Assembly (NCBI GenBank): GCA_965228895.1
Contig: OZ245842.1
Coordinates: forward strand, 736,001 to 800,000
Origin: Alphaproteobacteria bacterium
GTDB lineage: Bacteria; Pseudomonadota; Alphaproteobacteria; SP197
DNA length: 64,000 bases
Reading direction: 5' to 3'
Shown piece after piece: positions 16,980 through 26,197 of this stretch; the first letter of the stretch is position 1; each line of letters starts with the position of its first letter. The translations under genes and the position numbers were made by a program. The notes beneath the pieces were generated by a model. That model saw nothing but the letters and a program-made list of their open reading frames with translations, had not been told where the DNA came from and searched no databases.

Positions 16980-17882
16980 TTACTCGGCCGCCCGTTCGAC
17001 CACGACGGGTCCGTCGTAATAGGGCAGGCGCTCGACGCGAGGTGTGTAGCGGCCCGACCCGATTTCGCTCCTGACATGGGCGGCAATATCATCCATGCGC
17101 GCGAACCAAACGTCGCCCTTGTCCTGCATATAAGTGATCAGACCTTCGACCGCGCGCAGCCGCGCCAGGCGCCCGGAAACGAACGGATGCCAGACGGCGA
17201 TCCACAGGCCCCCATAGTCCCACGCGGCGTCGAACTCCTCACGGAACCCGGCTATCGCCTCGGACGGTGAGCGAATCGACATCATGTAGTCGAGATCGCT
17301 CATGTGGACGTAGGGCGGCCAGTCGTCGAGCCCCCAATGGGTCGGCAGTTCGACGAGATCACCGCGATCGGACTGGATGAGATAAGGGATATCGTCGCCC
17401 ATCAAAGAGGCGTCGTAGGTGAAGCCTTCCTCCAGGAGCAGATCGAGCGTGTGGTCGGAGAAGTTATAGAGCGGCGCCCGGAAACCGCGCGGTCGCTCAC
17501 CCGTATGACGTTCGATGATCTCGATACCGCGGCGCAACCAATGCTGCTCTTCGGCGCGCGACAACTCGTTGGGGTGTTCGTGGATGTAACCGTGATGGGC
17601 GACTTCGTGGCCATCCTTGACCATCGCCGCGACGGCGTCGGGGTAACGTTCGATGCACCAAGCGGGTACATAGAACGTCTGCTTCAACTCATGACGCCGG
17701 TAAAGGTCAAGGATGCGCGGCATGGCGACGGAAGGGCCGTATCGCAGTTGGGAAAGCGCGGAGATCCTGCGATGCGCATCGCTCGGATGGGCCAGGTGCA
17801 GGATGCTGTCGGCATCCATGTCGAAGGTGAATGCGACCGCGCAACGCGCGCCGTTCGGCCATGAAACTCCGTTTTCAATCAT
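16980..17882 (-). CDS. Polysaccharide deacetylase family protein (PuuE/PgdA-like)
   Basis: WPNGARCAVAFTFDMD, HEVAHHGYIHE, GFRAP, YDASLMGDDIPY, WHPFVSGR. Confidence 0.88.
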   Translation of the reverse strand: MIENGVSWPNGARCAVAFTFDMDADSILHLAHPSDAHRRISALSQLRYGPSVAMPRILDLYRRHELKQTFYVPAWCIERYPDAVAAMVKDGHEVAHHGYIHEHPNELSRAEEQHWLRRGIEIIERHTGERPRGFRAPLYNFSDHTLDLLLEEGFTYDASLMGDDIPYLIQSDRGDLVELPTHWGLDDWPPYVHMSDLDYMMSIRSPSEAIAGFREEFDAAWDYGGLWIAVWHPFVSGRLARLRAVEGLITYMQDKGDVWFARMDDIAAHVRSEIGSGRYTPRVERLPYYDGPVVVERAAE

Positions 17883-18068
17883 CGCGTCCTCTCGGCAACC
17901 GTCTTTGATACAACCTTATCGTCATGCCGTCTGAAATGCCTGACAGCACATCCACGTGGGGCAGACGACCTTAGCCGAATGCGTCCGCGTTGAAACAGGC
18001 ACTTCTTTGGATTGGCCATCTGTGTCTCGGCTATCTTGCCGCTAACGCCTGCCGACGATGGCCCACAA

Positions 18069-18953
18069 TCACAGGTCGGACGATGTGGTCAGGTCGACTT
18101 GAACGCCGTCGCGTACAAAACTGTACGTACCGTCTTTCGCATAGACGGAAAAACAGGCGTGCCGCATTCCCAACGTACCGGATAGGCAAACCCGATTGTC
18201 GTCGAAGCGATACCAGCCGTACTCCACGTCATTGAGCTGATCGGTGCTGTCCCCGCGCTTGGTATAGACAGCATGGTTGTTCTCGAAGAACACGATCTGA
18301 AAGCTCGCCCCGTCGCCGGTGTCGGTGAGCTGACCGTCATGTGTCACCCCGTCGATAGCAGTGCGTAGCTCCTCATCCAACAGCCGTGTCGCCGTCGGAT
18401 CGAGCTCGGCAGTCGGTTCCGACAGCGTGAACCAGGACGTGACCCGGTTGTCGGCATCGAGATAGCTATAGGTATCGCCGTTCTGGTAGACATCGGAACA
18501 ATCGAAATCGGCATCGTACCTGGTGCAGATCTGACCGTTCTCGAACTTCCATTCTCCGGAGTAAGACCAGGTTTCCGGGTTGTTTTCCGGCCCTGATTTG
18601 CCACGGATTCCGCCACTGACCAGGTAGTTTTCCTTGTAGTGAAGCCAGGTGTTTGAGCCGTCGTCGTAGTATTGGCCGGCGTGGACCTGACCGTCGAACA
18701 GGGCCAACAACGCATCCTCGGGCACCTTCTGCGCATCGACACTAAGCTCCGAGACGCTTGGATCGCCAAACAACTCGATCATCAGTCCCGGACCGGCAAA
18801 CGAGCCGAGGAAGTAGAGATAGAACGCCGACGGCACCAGCATCGCCAGACCAGGCGCCCAGTTCTTTCGACGCAAAATCCAATTCAGGCCTGTGAGCGCG
18901 GTGGCGATACCCGCGCCGAAGAAGACCAAAGCGATCGCCATTCCAAGCCACAT
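18069..18953 (-). CDS. Hypothetical membrane-anchored protein with a duplicated beta-rich domain
   Basis: Two N-terminal hydrophobic helices; two copies of G-x-[WY]..F..N..C-x(6-10)-C..VY..TYS; AGAGGGGG RBS. Confidence 0.7.
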   Translation of the reverse strand: MWLGMAIALVFFGAGIATALTGLNWILRRKNWAPGLAMLVPSAFYLYFLGSFAGPGLMIELFGDPSVSELSVDAQKVPEDALLALFDGQVHAGQYYDDGSNTWLHYKENYLVSGGIRGKSGPENNPETWSYSGEWKFENGQICTRYDADFDCSDVYQNGDTYSYLDADNRVTSWFTLSEPTAELDPTATRLLDEELRTAIDGVTHDGQLTDTGDGASFQIVFFENNHAVYTKRGDSTDQLNDVEYGWYRFDDNRVCLSGTLGMRHACFSVYAKDGTYSFVRDGVQVDLTTSSDL

Positions 18954-19076
18954 GCGAAACCCCCTCTATAACGCACGGAATCGCGTTCATGTTCTGATGT
19001 GACAGACGCCGGAACGCTCTTACCTGATGAGGCAAAGACTGACCGTCTTCCTCGAAGCTGCTAGACTAACGCTGTT

Positions 19077-19436
19077 ATGGCAGACGACAACAGCGCTGAA
19101 GCTCGTTTTGAGGCCCGCCGGCGAGAGGCCGAACGGTTACGCGTGGCGGCCCGTTCGACGACACCGAACGCTTACAAACAGACCGAGCGTCCGGCCATTC
19201 CGGATACGGAAGTCGTCGACACGGGTGTTAATGCCCAAGAGACCTATTCGTCGTTGTTCGGCTCTTTTTCCGGCACCCGGACCCTGCGCGAGCATATTGC
19301 GAGCGCCATGATGCTGGGCGCTCAGGGATTGGCTTATCTTGGCTTGGTAGCCGTTCTCAGTCTGGCCCAATGTTCTTGGTGGTACGAACGGGGCATGTAC
19401 TCTGATCCCGATCGTATCGATTCTGTCGGCCGCTGA
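19077..19436 (+). CDS. Hypothetical protein with a C-terminal hydrophobic segment
   Basis: 119-aa ATG ORF filling the gap between two genes; no recognisable motif. Confidence 0.45.
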   Translation: MADDNSAEARFEARRREAERLRVAARSTTPNAYKQTERPAIPDTEVVDTGVNAQETYSSLFGSFSGTRTLREHIASAMMLGAQGLAYLGLVAVLSLAQCSWWYERGMYSDPDRIDSVGR

Positions 19437-19462
19437 CCCGCCGGTTCGCCGGCTCAAGGTGG

Positions 19463-20674
19463 CTAGGCGACGGCGCCGGCCTTGCGCAACGCTTCGACTT
19501 CCTTGTCGGAGAAACCCGACTCTTTCAAGACCGCATTGGTATGTTCGCCTGCCCGTGGCGCGGGGCCCGTTACGCCGCCCTGGGTGCGCGTCATGCGGAT
19601 CGGCGTGTTGGCGATACGTGCGGTGTGCGCTGACCCGGCATGGGGCACGTCGGCCAGCATGGAGCGGGCCGCCAGATGGGGATCTTCAAACAGATCCTCG
19701 ACGGTGTTGACGGGGCCGAACGGCACGCGGCCGCCGATCGCCTCGGCAATCTCCGCCTTGGTCTGCGTCTGGGTCCACGCGGTGACCAGGGCGACCACCT
19801 CATCGCGGCGCGCCGTGCGCCCGGCATTGTCGCGATAGCGCGGATCCGTGCCCAGTTCGGGCTGTCCCATGGCGCTGCTCAGAAGCTCCCAGAAATGATC
19901 GCGCGGACAGCCGATGGCGACCCAACCGTCCTTGCACGGGAAGGTGCCGAACGGCGCGAACAGCGGGTGGTGATTGCCGTCGCGCCCAGACACCTCGCCA
20001 CGGTAGCTGTAGACCATGGCGGCACGTTCACAGACGGCAAAAATGCCGTCGACCATGGCGACGTCCAGGAACTGGCCTTCGCCGGTCTGGCGTGCATGAA
20101 GCACGGCTGAGACGATGCCGAACGCCGTCATCATGGCCGGAATGGTGTCGCCGACACCCGGTCCGATCTTGGTCGGCGCGCCATCGGGTTCGCCGGTCAC
20201 CTGCATGATGCCGCCCATGGCCTGGGCGACGATGTCATAGGCCGGCCAGTCCTGATAAGGGCTCTCGCCCGTGCGTGGATCGCCGAACCCGCGGATGGCG
20301 GCATAGACCAGCTTCGGATTGATGGCTGCCAGACTTTCGTAGCCGAGCTCCAGGCGGTCCATGACGCCGGCGCGAAAGTTTTCGATCACGACGTCGGCGC
20401 TCTCGACCAGGCGTCGAAATGCGGCCTTGCCGGCATCGTTCTTCAGATCGATGCGGATCGAGCGCTTGTTGCGGTTGATGCTCTTGAAGTAGCCGCCGTA
20501 TTCGCGCGTTTCGTCATCATCAAAGTGCGGCCCGAACACGCGCGTCGCCTCGCCTTGCGGCGGTTCGATCTTGATGACATCCGCCCCCTGGTCGGCCAGC
20601 ATCATCGTGCAGAAGGGCCCGGCCATCATCTGGCTGAGATCGAGCACACGCAGGCCGGTGAGCGCGCCGGTCAT
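19463..20674 (-). CDS. Family III CoA-transferase (CaiB/BaiF)
   Basis: LTGLRVLDLS..AGP, GADVIKIEPP, NRNKRS, ENFRAG, PAYDIVAQAMGG; probable ATG at 20674. Confidence 0.93.
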   Translation of the reverse strand: MTGALTGLRVLDLSQMMAGPFCTMMLADQGADVIKIEPPQGEATRVFGPHFDDDETREYGGYFKSINRNKRSIRIDLKNDAGKAAFRRLVESADVVIENFRAGVMDRLELGYESLAAINPKLVYAAIRGFGDPRTGESPYQDWPAYDIVAQAMGGIMQVTGEPDGAPTKIGPGVGDTIPAMMTAFGIVSAVLHARQTGEGQFLDVAMVDGIFAVCERAAMVYSYRGEVSGRDGNHHPLFAPFGTFPCKDGWVAIGCPRDHFWELLSSAMGQPELGTDPRYRDNAGRTARRDEVVALVTAWTQTQTKAEIAEAIGGRVPFGPVNTVEDLFEDPHLAARSMLADVPHAGSAHTARIANTPIRMTRTQGGVTGPAPRAGEHTNAVLKESGFSDKEVEALRKAGAVA

Positions 20675-20936
20675 AGCGCTGCCAGGCGTGGTATGCCGGC
20701 GTTGGTCGTCATCGGATCGGTGGTCCTTTCTAGGATTCGGGGCGGAACGGATGGCATTGGGTCGCCGCAGACCGTTGTTGCACGTGTTCTCCAACATGGT
20801 TGCCGTTCTGTCAAAACAACGGCCTGCCTTGAGTTGTGGCCAACCGCCTGGGCGTTGAAACGTGCCAAGCAAGGACCCGGCCGTGGTTCCTGCACCCTAC
20901 AGTCGTAGGGACGTAGCTACGCAAAACTGCCGGTAT

Positions 20937-20951
20937 GTTCTTGTTATGTTC
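20937..20951 (+). promoter_or_regulatory. Alphaproteobacterial LexA (SOS) box GTTC-N7-GTTC
   Basis: GTTCTTGTTATGTTC, ending 27 nt upstream of the ATG of a DNA glycosylase gene. Confidence 0.8.
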
Positions 20952-20978
20952 TGTTGCGCATGGCATGGTGTCGGAGTC

Positions 20979-21812
20979 ATGCAACTCGCGCTTTTCATAG
21001 ATGAACGCCATCAGACGCTACCTGAGGTCGATGATCGGCTACGGCGGCGATTTGGTAGTCCGGGACCATGGCTGCGGCTCGATCCGGTTAGCCAGTTGAT
21101 GGCCGGTATGATTGGCGGCAAGACACCCGGTGCCGTCTCTCAGCAGGCTTTTGAGGCTATGCTCCGCCGCTTCGATGCCTGGGAGGAGGTTCGCGATGCG
21201 TCGGTCGATCAGATTTACCAGCCAATTCGGGCGGTGACCTTCGCGGACGTCAAAGCCGGGCGACTGAAACAGGCATTGCAGATTGTTTCTGCGGAGCGTG
21301 GCCGGCTGGAGCTGGACTTTCTGACAACGATGACTGTCGATCGCGCGTTAGCGTGGCTCGAGCGATTGCCGGGGGTCGGCCGCAAGACGTCGGCGGTCAC
21401 CCTTAACTTCAGTGCATTGCGACAGAAATCGTTGGTCATCGATACCCATCATCTGCGGGTATTGCGGCGTTTGGGGCTTGTCGGGCCACGCGCGGTCACA
21501 ACCGAGGCCTACGAACGTGTTGTGGCTTGGCTTCCACAGGCGTGGCGGGCTGACGATTTCACCGACCACCACCATCTCATGAAAACCTTGGGCCAGACGA
21601 TTTGCCGTCATGCGGTGAGGGACTGTCCACGATGTCCGCTGCAGGCGCTGTGTCCGGCCGCGTTGTTTCGTTCGCGCCACGACGGTTCCGAGGTTCCCGC
21701 AAGACGTCAGCGCGACAATGTCGTCGCCCGGCAACGCCGTTCGACTGAGGTTTTGCGGTTCGGATCTGTTGACCGGTGCTCGCGCCGTGCAGGCAGGCAA
21801 GACCGCCGGTGA
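20979..21812 (+). CDS. HhH-GPD DNA glycosylase (endonuclease III-like) with a [4Fe-4S] motif
   Basis: LPGVGRKTS (HhH with Lys), IDTHHLRV, C-x6-C-x2-C-x5-C; GGAG RBS before ATG at 20979. Confidence 0.88.
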   Translation: MQLALFIDERHQTLPEVDDRLRRRFGSPGPWLRLDPVSQLMAGMIGGKTPGAVSQQAFEAMLRRFDAWEEVRDASVDQIYQPIRAVTFADVKAGRLKQALQIVSAERGRLELDFLTTMTVDRALAWLERLPGVGRKTSAVTLNFSALRQKSLVIDTHHLRVLRRLGLVGPRAVTTEAYERVVAWLPQAWRADDFTDHHHLMKTLGQTICRHAVRDCPRCPLQALCPAALFRSRHDGSEVPARRQRDNVVARQRRSTEVLRFGSVDRCSRRAGRQDRR

Positions 21813-21823
21813 TATGGAGGTGT

Positions 21824-23380
21824 TCAGCGCTGGCGTAAGCCGACGGAGTGTTCCACGGTTTGCGGGTTCGGCTGTTCGGCATGCGTGCGCATCCACAAGT
21901 CGAGCTGCTGCGCTTCAACCTCGTCAAGGCGCAGGCCGAGTTTGGATCGGCGCCAAAGCACATCATCGGCCGAGCGCGCCCATTCCTTTTGCATAAGCCA
22001 ACGGACTTCTGTTTCCGTCAGGTCGCCGCCGAAACAGCGGCCGAGGTCTGCTGCGCATCGGGCATCGCCAAGTATGTCCGCGGTCTCGGAACCGTAGGTT
22101 CGTATCAAACGCCGCGCCCAAGCCTTATCCAAGAACGGATAATTCGTGCACAGTTTGGCCTCGGCCTCCAGGTGAGCATCGACCGGCATGGCGCCGCCGG
22201 GCAACGCGACACCGGCCGTCCATGGTTCGTCCATCGCTGGCAGGTAAGGTTTCAATTTTGCCAGAGCGGCTTCGGCAAGCCGGCGATAGGTCGTGATCTT
22301 GCCGCCGAACACATTGAGCAGAGGCGCGCTGCCATCGGACGCGTCGACCTTCAGAACGTAATCGCGCGTTGCCTTGGTGCTGCTGCGCGCACCGTCGTCG
22401 TAAAGCGGCCGTACACCGGAATAGGTCCAGACGATGTCTTTCTGCCCGATCGGTTCTGCGAAGTAGGCGCTGGCCGCATCCAGCAGATAGGCTCGTTCTT
22501 TCGCCGTGCAGGAAGCCGCTTCAGGTGAACCGTCATGGTCCAATTCGGTCGTGCCGATCAGCGTAAAATCGTCTTCGTAAGGAATGGCGAAGACGATGCG
22601 GTCGTCGTTCATCTGGAAGATGTAGGCCCGGTTATGTTCGAACTGCCGCGCCACGACAATATGACTGCCGCGCACGAGGCGAGTGCGCGCGGGTGCGTTG
22701 CGATGCAGTTTGTAGCGGATGATGTCATCGACCCAGGGGCCGCCGGCATTGACCAGGCATCGCGCCTGAATCTGCCGAGTCGCGCCGGTTTGACCGTCCT
22801 CCAACGTGACCTGCCATCGCCCTCCCTGGCGTTGGGCCAGGACGCAGGTCGTGCCGACGGCAATGGTGGCGCCTTGGTCGGCGGCGGCGCGCGCGTTCAG
22901 GACGACAAGCCGGGCGTCGTCGATCCAGCAATCGGAGTACTCGAAGGCGCGTTTGTACGTTGGCTTCAGCGGTTGCCCTGCCTCGTCCTGCCGCAGGTCG
23001 AGCGTCCGTGTTGGCGGCAACAGACGGCGGCCGCCCAGGTGATCGTAAAGGAAGAGGCCAAGGCGGATCAGCCATGCCGGGCGCAGGCCCGGATGATGTG
23101 GCAGGACAAAGCGCATGGGCCAGGCAATGTGGGGCATGGCCCGCAACAGAATTTCACGTTCCACCAGCGCCTCGCGAACCAGCCGGAACTTGAAATGTTC
23201 GAGATAACGCAGCCCGCCGTGGATCAGTTTTGTCGACGCCGACGACGTTCCCTGGGCGAGATCGCCTTGTTCGCACAGAAAGACGCTGAGGCCGCGGCCC
23301 GCCGCGTCGCGGGCGATGCCGCAGCCGTTGATACCGCCGCCAATGATTGCGATGTCATAGGTGTCGGCGTTGTCAGTCAT
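21824..23380 (-). CDS. glpD: Aerobic glycerol-3-phosphate dehydrogenase
   Basis: GGGINGCGIARDAAGRG, TSSASTKLIHGGLRYLE, YSGVRPLYDDG, GGKITTYR. Confidence 0.96.
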   Translation of the reverse strand: MTDNADTYDIAIIGGGINGCGIARDAAGRGLSVFLCEQGDLAQGTSSASTKLIHGGLRYLEHFKFRLVREALVEREILLRAMPHIAWPMRFVLPHHPGLRPAWLIRLGLFLYDHLGGRRLLPPTRTLDLRQDEAGQPLKPTYKRAFEYSDCWIDDARLVVLNARAAADQGATIAVGTTCVLAQRQGGRWQVTLEDGQTGATRQIQARCLVNAGGPWVDDIIRYKLHRNAPARTRLVRGSHIVVARQFEHNRAYIFQMNDDRIVFAIPYEDDFTLIGTTELDHDGSPEAASCTAKERAYLLDAASAYFAEPIGQKDIVWTYSGVRPLYDDGARSSTKATRDYVLKVDASDGSAPLLNVFGGKITTYRRLAEAALAKLKPYLPAMDEPWTAGVALPGGAMPVDAHLEAEAKLCTNYPFLDKAWARRLIRTYGSETADILGDARCAADLGRCFGGDLTETEVRWLMQKEWARSADDVLWRRSKLGLRLDEVEAQQLDLWMRTHAEQPNPQTVEHSVGLRQR

Positions 23381-24164
23381 GGCCGTTTGTCATATCGGGT
23401 ATGCCGCTGGCGACGGTGATGCCGACGCCTTCGCGTTCGCAGGCGCTGCAAAACGCCTGGGGCGGTCGACGATCGCTGACAAAGTGATCGATATCGGAGA
23501 GGTCACAGATACGCACCGGCGCGCTTCGCTCGAACTTCGTGTGGTCGCAGACCAGGATCGTGCGCCGGGCGTTGGCGGTAATGGCGCGCGCGACGGCGAC
23601 CTCGCGAACGTCGAAATCCATGATCGAACCGTCTTCGTCCAGCGCGGATGCGCCGATCACGGCGTAGTCGACTCGGAACTTGCGAATGAACTCCACCGCG
23701 TCATTGCCGACAATGGCGCCGTCTGATTGGCGCACGGCGCCGCCGGCCAGAATGATCTCCTTGGTGGTCGTGCCGGACAGAATGTTCACCACGTTGATGT
23801 TGTTGGTGACGACGAAGAGGTCGTGGCGATCACGCAGGGCCAGGGCGACCTGTTCGGTCGTCGTGCCGATATTGATGATCATCGAGCAACCGTTGGGGAT
23901 CATCGCAGCGGCGTGTTGCCCGATCGCGCGCTTTTCTTCCAAGGCAAGCGCGCGGCGCTCGGCATAGTCCAGGTTGGTCACGCTGGTTGCCGGCACGGCA
24001 CCGCCATGGACGCGGGTCAGCAAGCCACCCCGGCTCATCAGGTTGAGATCGCGGCGAATCGTCTGGGTCGTCACGCCAAAATCGGCCGCAAGGCCGTCGA
24101 CCGAAACGCGGCCTTCGACACGTGCCCGCGCCATGATTTCCGTTTGGCGATCGCTCAGAACCAT
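23373..24164 (-). CDS. glpR: DeoR-family glycerol repressor
   Basis: FGVTTQTIRRDL, RVHGGA, NIGTTTEQVA, DHTKFERSAP; adjacent to glpD. Confidence 0.92.
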   Translation of the reverse strand: MVLSDRQTEIMARARVEGRVSVDGLAADFGVTTQTIRRDLNLMSRGGLLTRVHGGAVPATSVTNLDYAERRALALEEKRAIGQHAAAMIPNGCSMIINIGTTTEQVALALRDRHDLFVVTNNINVVNILSGTTTKEIILAGGAVRQSDGAIVGNDAVEFIRKFRVDYAVIGASALDEDGSIMDFDVREVAVARAITANARRTILVCDHTKFERSAPVRICDLSDIDHFVSDRRPPQAFCSACEREGVGITVASGIPDMTNGHD

Positions 24165-24228
24165 AGGGACCAGCTTTTCTGCACTCTTTCAGATGATACA
24201 TGTTTTCTTTTCGGATGAAATACACCGG

Positions 24229-24250
24229 TTTCACTTGACGGTAAGTGAAA
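24229..24250. promoter_or_regulatory. Inverted repeat overlapping a TTGACG -35-like element (candidate GlpR operator)
   Basis: TTTCACTT-gacggt-AAGTGAAA in the AT-rich glpR/glpV divergent region. Confidence 0.55.
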
Positions 24251-24321
24251 AAATAAATGAACATTCTGTGCATCGGACCGGGTGCGTTACCGGGATGCAG
24301 GAGGAACAGGGGAGACGAGCC

Positions 24322-26067
24322 ATGCGCACAGGATTTAGAGCGGCGGCCGTGGCGATCAGTTTGATCGTCGCGACGCCGGCTGCTTACGCCGACATAGAGG
24401 CGGCAGAACAATGGGTTAACGACGAATTTCAGCCCTCGGCCCTGACGGTCGAGGAGCAGATGGCGGAGATGCAGTGGTTCATCGACGCTGCCAAGCCGTT
24501 CGCCGGCATGGAGATCAACGTGTTGTCGGAAACCATTCCGACGCACACCTACGAGTCGCAGGTGCTGACCCAGGCGTTCGAGGACATCACCGGCATCAAG
24601 GTCAACCATCAGCTTCTGGGTGAAGGCGAGGTGGTCCAGGCCGTCCAGACCCAGATGCAGACAGGGCGTAACCTCTACGATGCCTATATCAACGACAGCG
24701 ATCTGATCGGTACCCATTCGCGCCTGCAGCTTGCCGTCAACCTGACCGAGTGGATGGCCGGCGAAGGCGCCGATGTCACCAATCCCGGTCTCGACATCGA
24801 AGACTTCATCGGCATCTCGTTCACGACCGGCCCTGACGGCAATATTTATCAGTTGCCCGACCAGCAGTTCGCGAACCTCTATTGGTTCCGCAAGGACTGG
24901 TTCGACCGCGAGGATCTGCAGGAGCAGTTCAAGGAAATCTACGGCTACGATCTCGGCGTTCCCGTCAACTGGTCGGCCTATGAGGACATCGCCGAGTTCT
25001 TCACCGTCCATGTCGGCGAGATCGACGGCGTCACCGTCTATGGCCACATGGACTACGGCAAGCGCGCGCCCGATCTGGGCTGGCGCATGACCGACGCATG
25101 GCTCTCCATGGCCGGTGCCGGCGACACGGGCCTGCCGAACGGCGTGCCGGTCGACGAGTGGGGCATTCGCATGGAAGCCGGCACGTGTAATCCGGTCGGC
25201 GCCAGTGTCAGCCGCGGTGGTGCTGCCAACGGTCCGGCTGCCGTCTACGCCATCCGCAAATGGGATGAATGGCTGCGCGAATATGCGCCGCCGGCGGCTG
25301 CCAGCTATGACTTCTATCAATCGCTGCCGGCATTGGCGCAGGGCAACGTGGCCCAGCAGATCTTCTGGTACACGGCGTTCACGGCCTCCATGGTCGCGCC
25401 CAAGGAAGACGGCAACAACACGGTCGACGATGCGGGAACGCCGCTGTGGCGCATGGCGCCGAGCCCGCACGGCCCCTATTGGGAAGAAGGCCAGAAGCTC
25501 GGTTATCAGGATGCCGGTTCGTGGACAATCCTGAAGTCGACGCCGACCGATCGCGCGAAGGCGGCTTGGCTTTATGCCCAGTTCGTCGTCTCCAAAACGG
25601 TCGACGTGAAGAAGAGCCAGGTTGGCTTGACGTTTATTCGTGACAGCACCGTGCGTCACGAAAGCTTTACGGAACGGGCGCCCCAGCTTGGCGGTCTCGT
25701 TGAGTTCTACCGGTCTCCCGATCGTGTCCTGTGGACACCGACGGGCATCAACGTCCCCGATTATCCCAAGCTTGCCCAGATCTGGTGGCAGCAGATCGGT
25801 GACGTGAACTCCGGCGCGTTCACGCCGCAGGAGGCCATGGACCGGCTGGCCAGCGAGATGGATCAGGTGATGGCGCGGATGCAGGCAGCCGACGAGCAAG
25901 CGGACGTTTACGGGGGGTGCGGACCGCGGCTCAACGAAGAGAGTGATCCCGAGTACTGGTTGTCGCAACCGGGATCGCCGAAGCCGATGTTGGAGAACGA
26001 GAAGCCGATGGGTGAAACCATCAGCTACGAAGAGTTGGTCCAGCGCTGGGCTGCTTCGGACGAGTGA
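24322..26067 (+). CDS. glpV: Glycerol ABC transporter substrate-binding protein
   Basis: Signal peptide; EFQPSAL, SETIPTHTYES, GHMDYGKR, WRMAPSPHGPYW, NVPDYPKLAQ; rhizobial glp operon context. Confidence 0.88.
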   Translation: MRTGFRAAAVAISLIVATPAAYADIEAAEQWVNDEFQPSALTVEEQMAEMQWFIDAAKPFAGMEINVLSETIPTHTYESQVLTQAFEDITGIKVNHQLLGEGEVVQAVQTQMQTGRNLYDAYINDSDLIGTHSRLQLAVNLTEWMAGEGADVTNPGLDIEDFIGISFTTGPDGNIYQLPDQQFANLYWFRKDWFDREDLQEQFKEIYGYDLGVPVNWSAYEDIAEFFTVHVGEIDGVTVYGHMDYGKRAPDLGWRMTDAWLSMAGAGDTGLPNGVPVDEWGIRMEAGTCNPVGASVSRGGAANGPAAVYAIRKWDEWLREYAPPAAASYDFYQSLPALAQGNVAQQIFWYTAFTASMVAPKEDGNNTVDDAGTPLWRMAPSPHGPYWEEGQKLGYQDAGSWTILKSTPTDRAKAAWLYAQFVVSKTVDVKKSQVGLTFIRDSTVRHESFTERAPQLGGLVEFYRSPDRVLWTPTGINVPDYPKLAQIWWQQIGDVNSGAFTPQEAMDRLASEMDQVMARMQAADEQADVYGGCGPRLNEESDPEYWLSQPGSPKPMLENEKPMGETISYEELVQRWAASDE

Positions 26068-26076
26068 GGCTGCCTT

Positions 26077-26128
26077 GGGAACTACGGCCGCCATGCTGGG
26101 TACATGGCGGCCGTAGTTTCCGCTTTTT
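26077..26128 (+). terminator. Intercistronic stem-loop / intrinsic terminator after glpV
   Basis: 16-bp perfect stem aactacggccgccatg / catggcggccgtagtt, 7-nt loop, followed by tccgcttttt. Confidence 0.7.
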
Positions 26129-26197
26129 CTCCCGCTCCCCCACGACGCGCGGGCGTCGCCTGATACGGGTGTATTTTGCACAGGCGGATTGCGTCAC

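Noticed and set aside
18985-18994. gttcatgttc as a second LexA box
   Set aside because: The spacing is 2 nt rather than 7.
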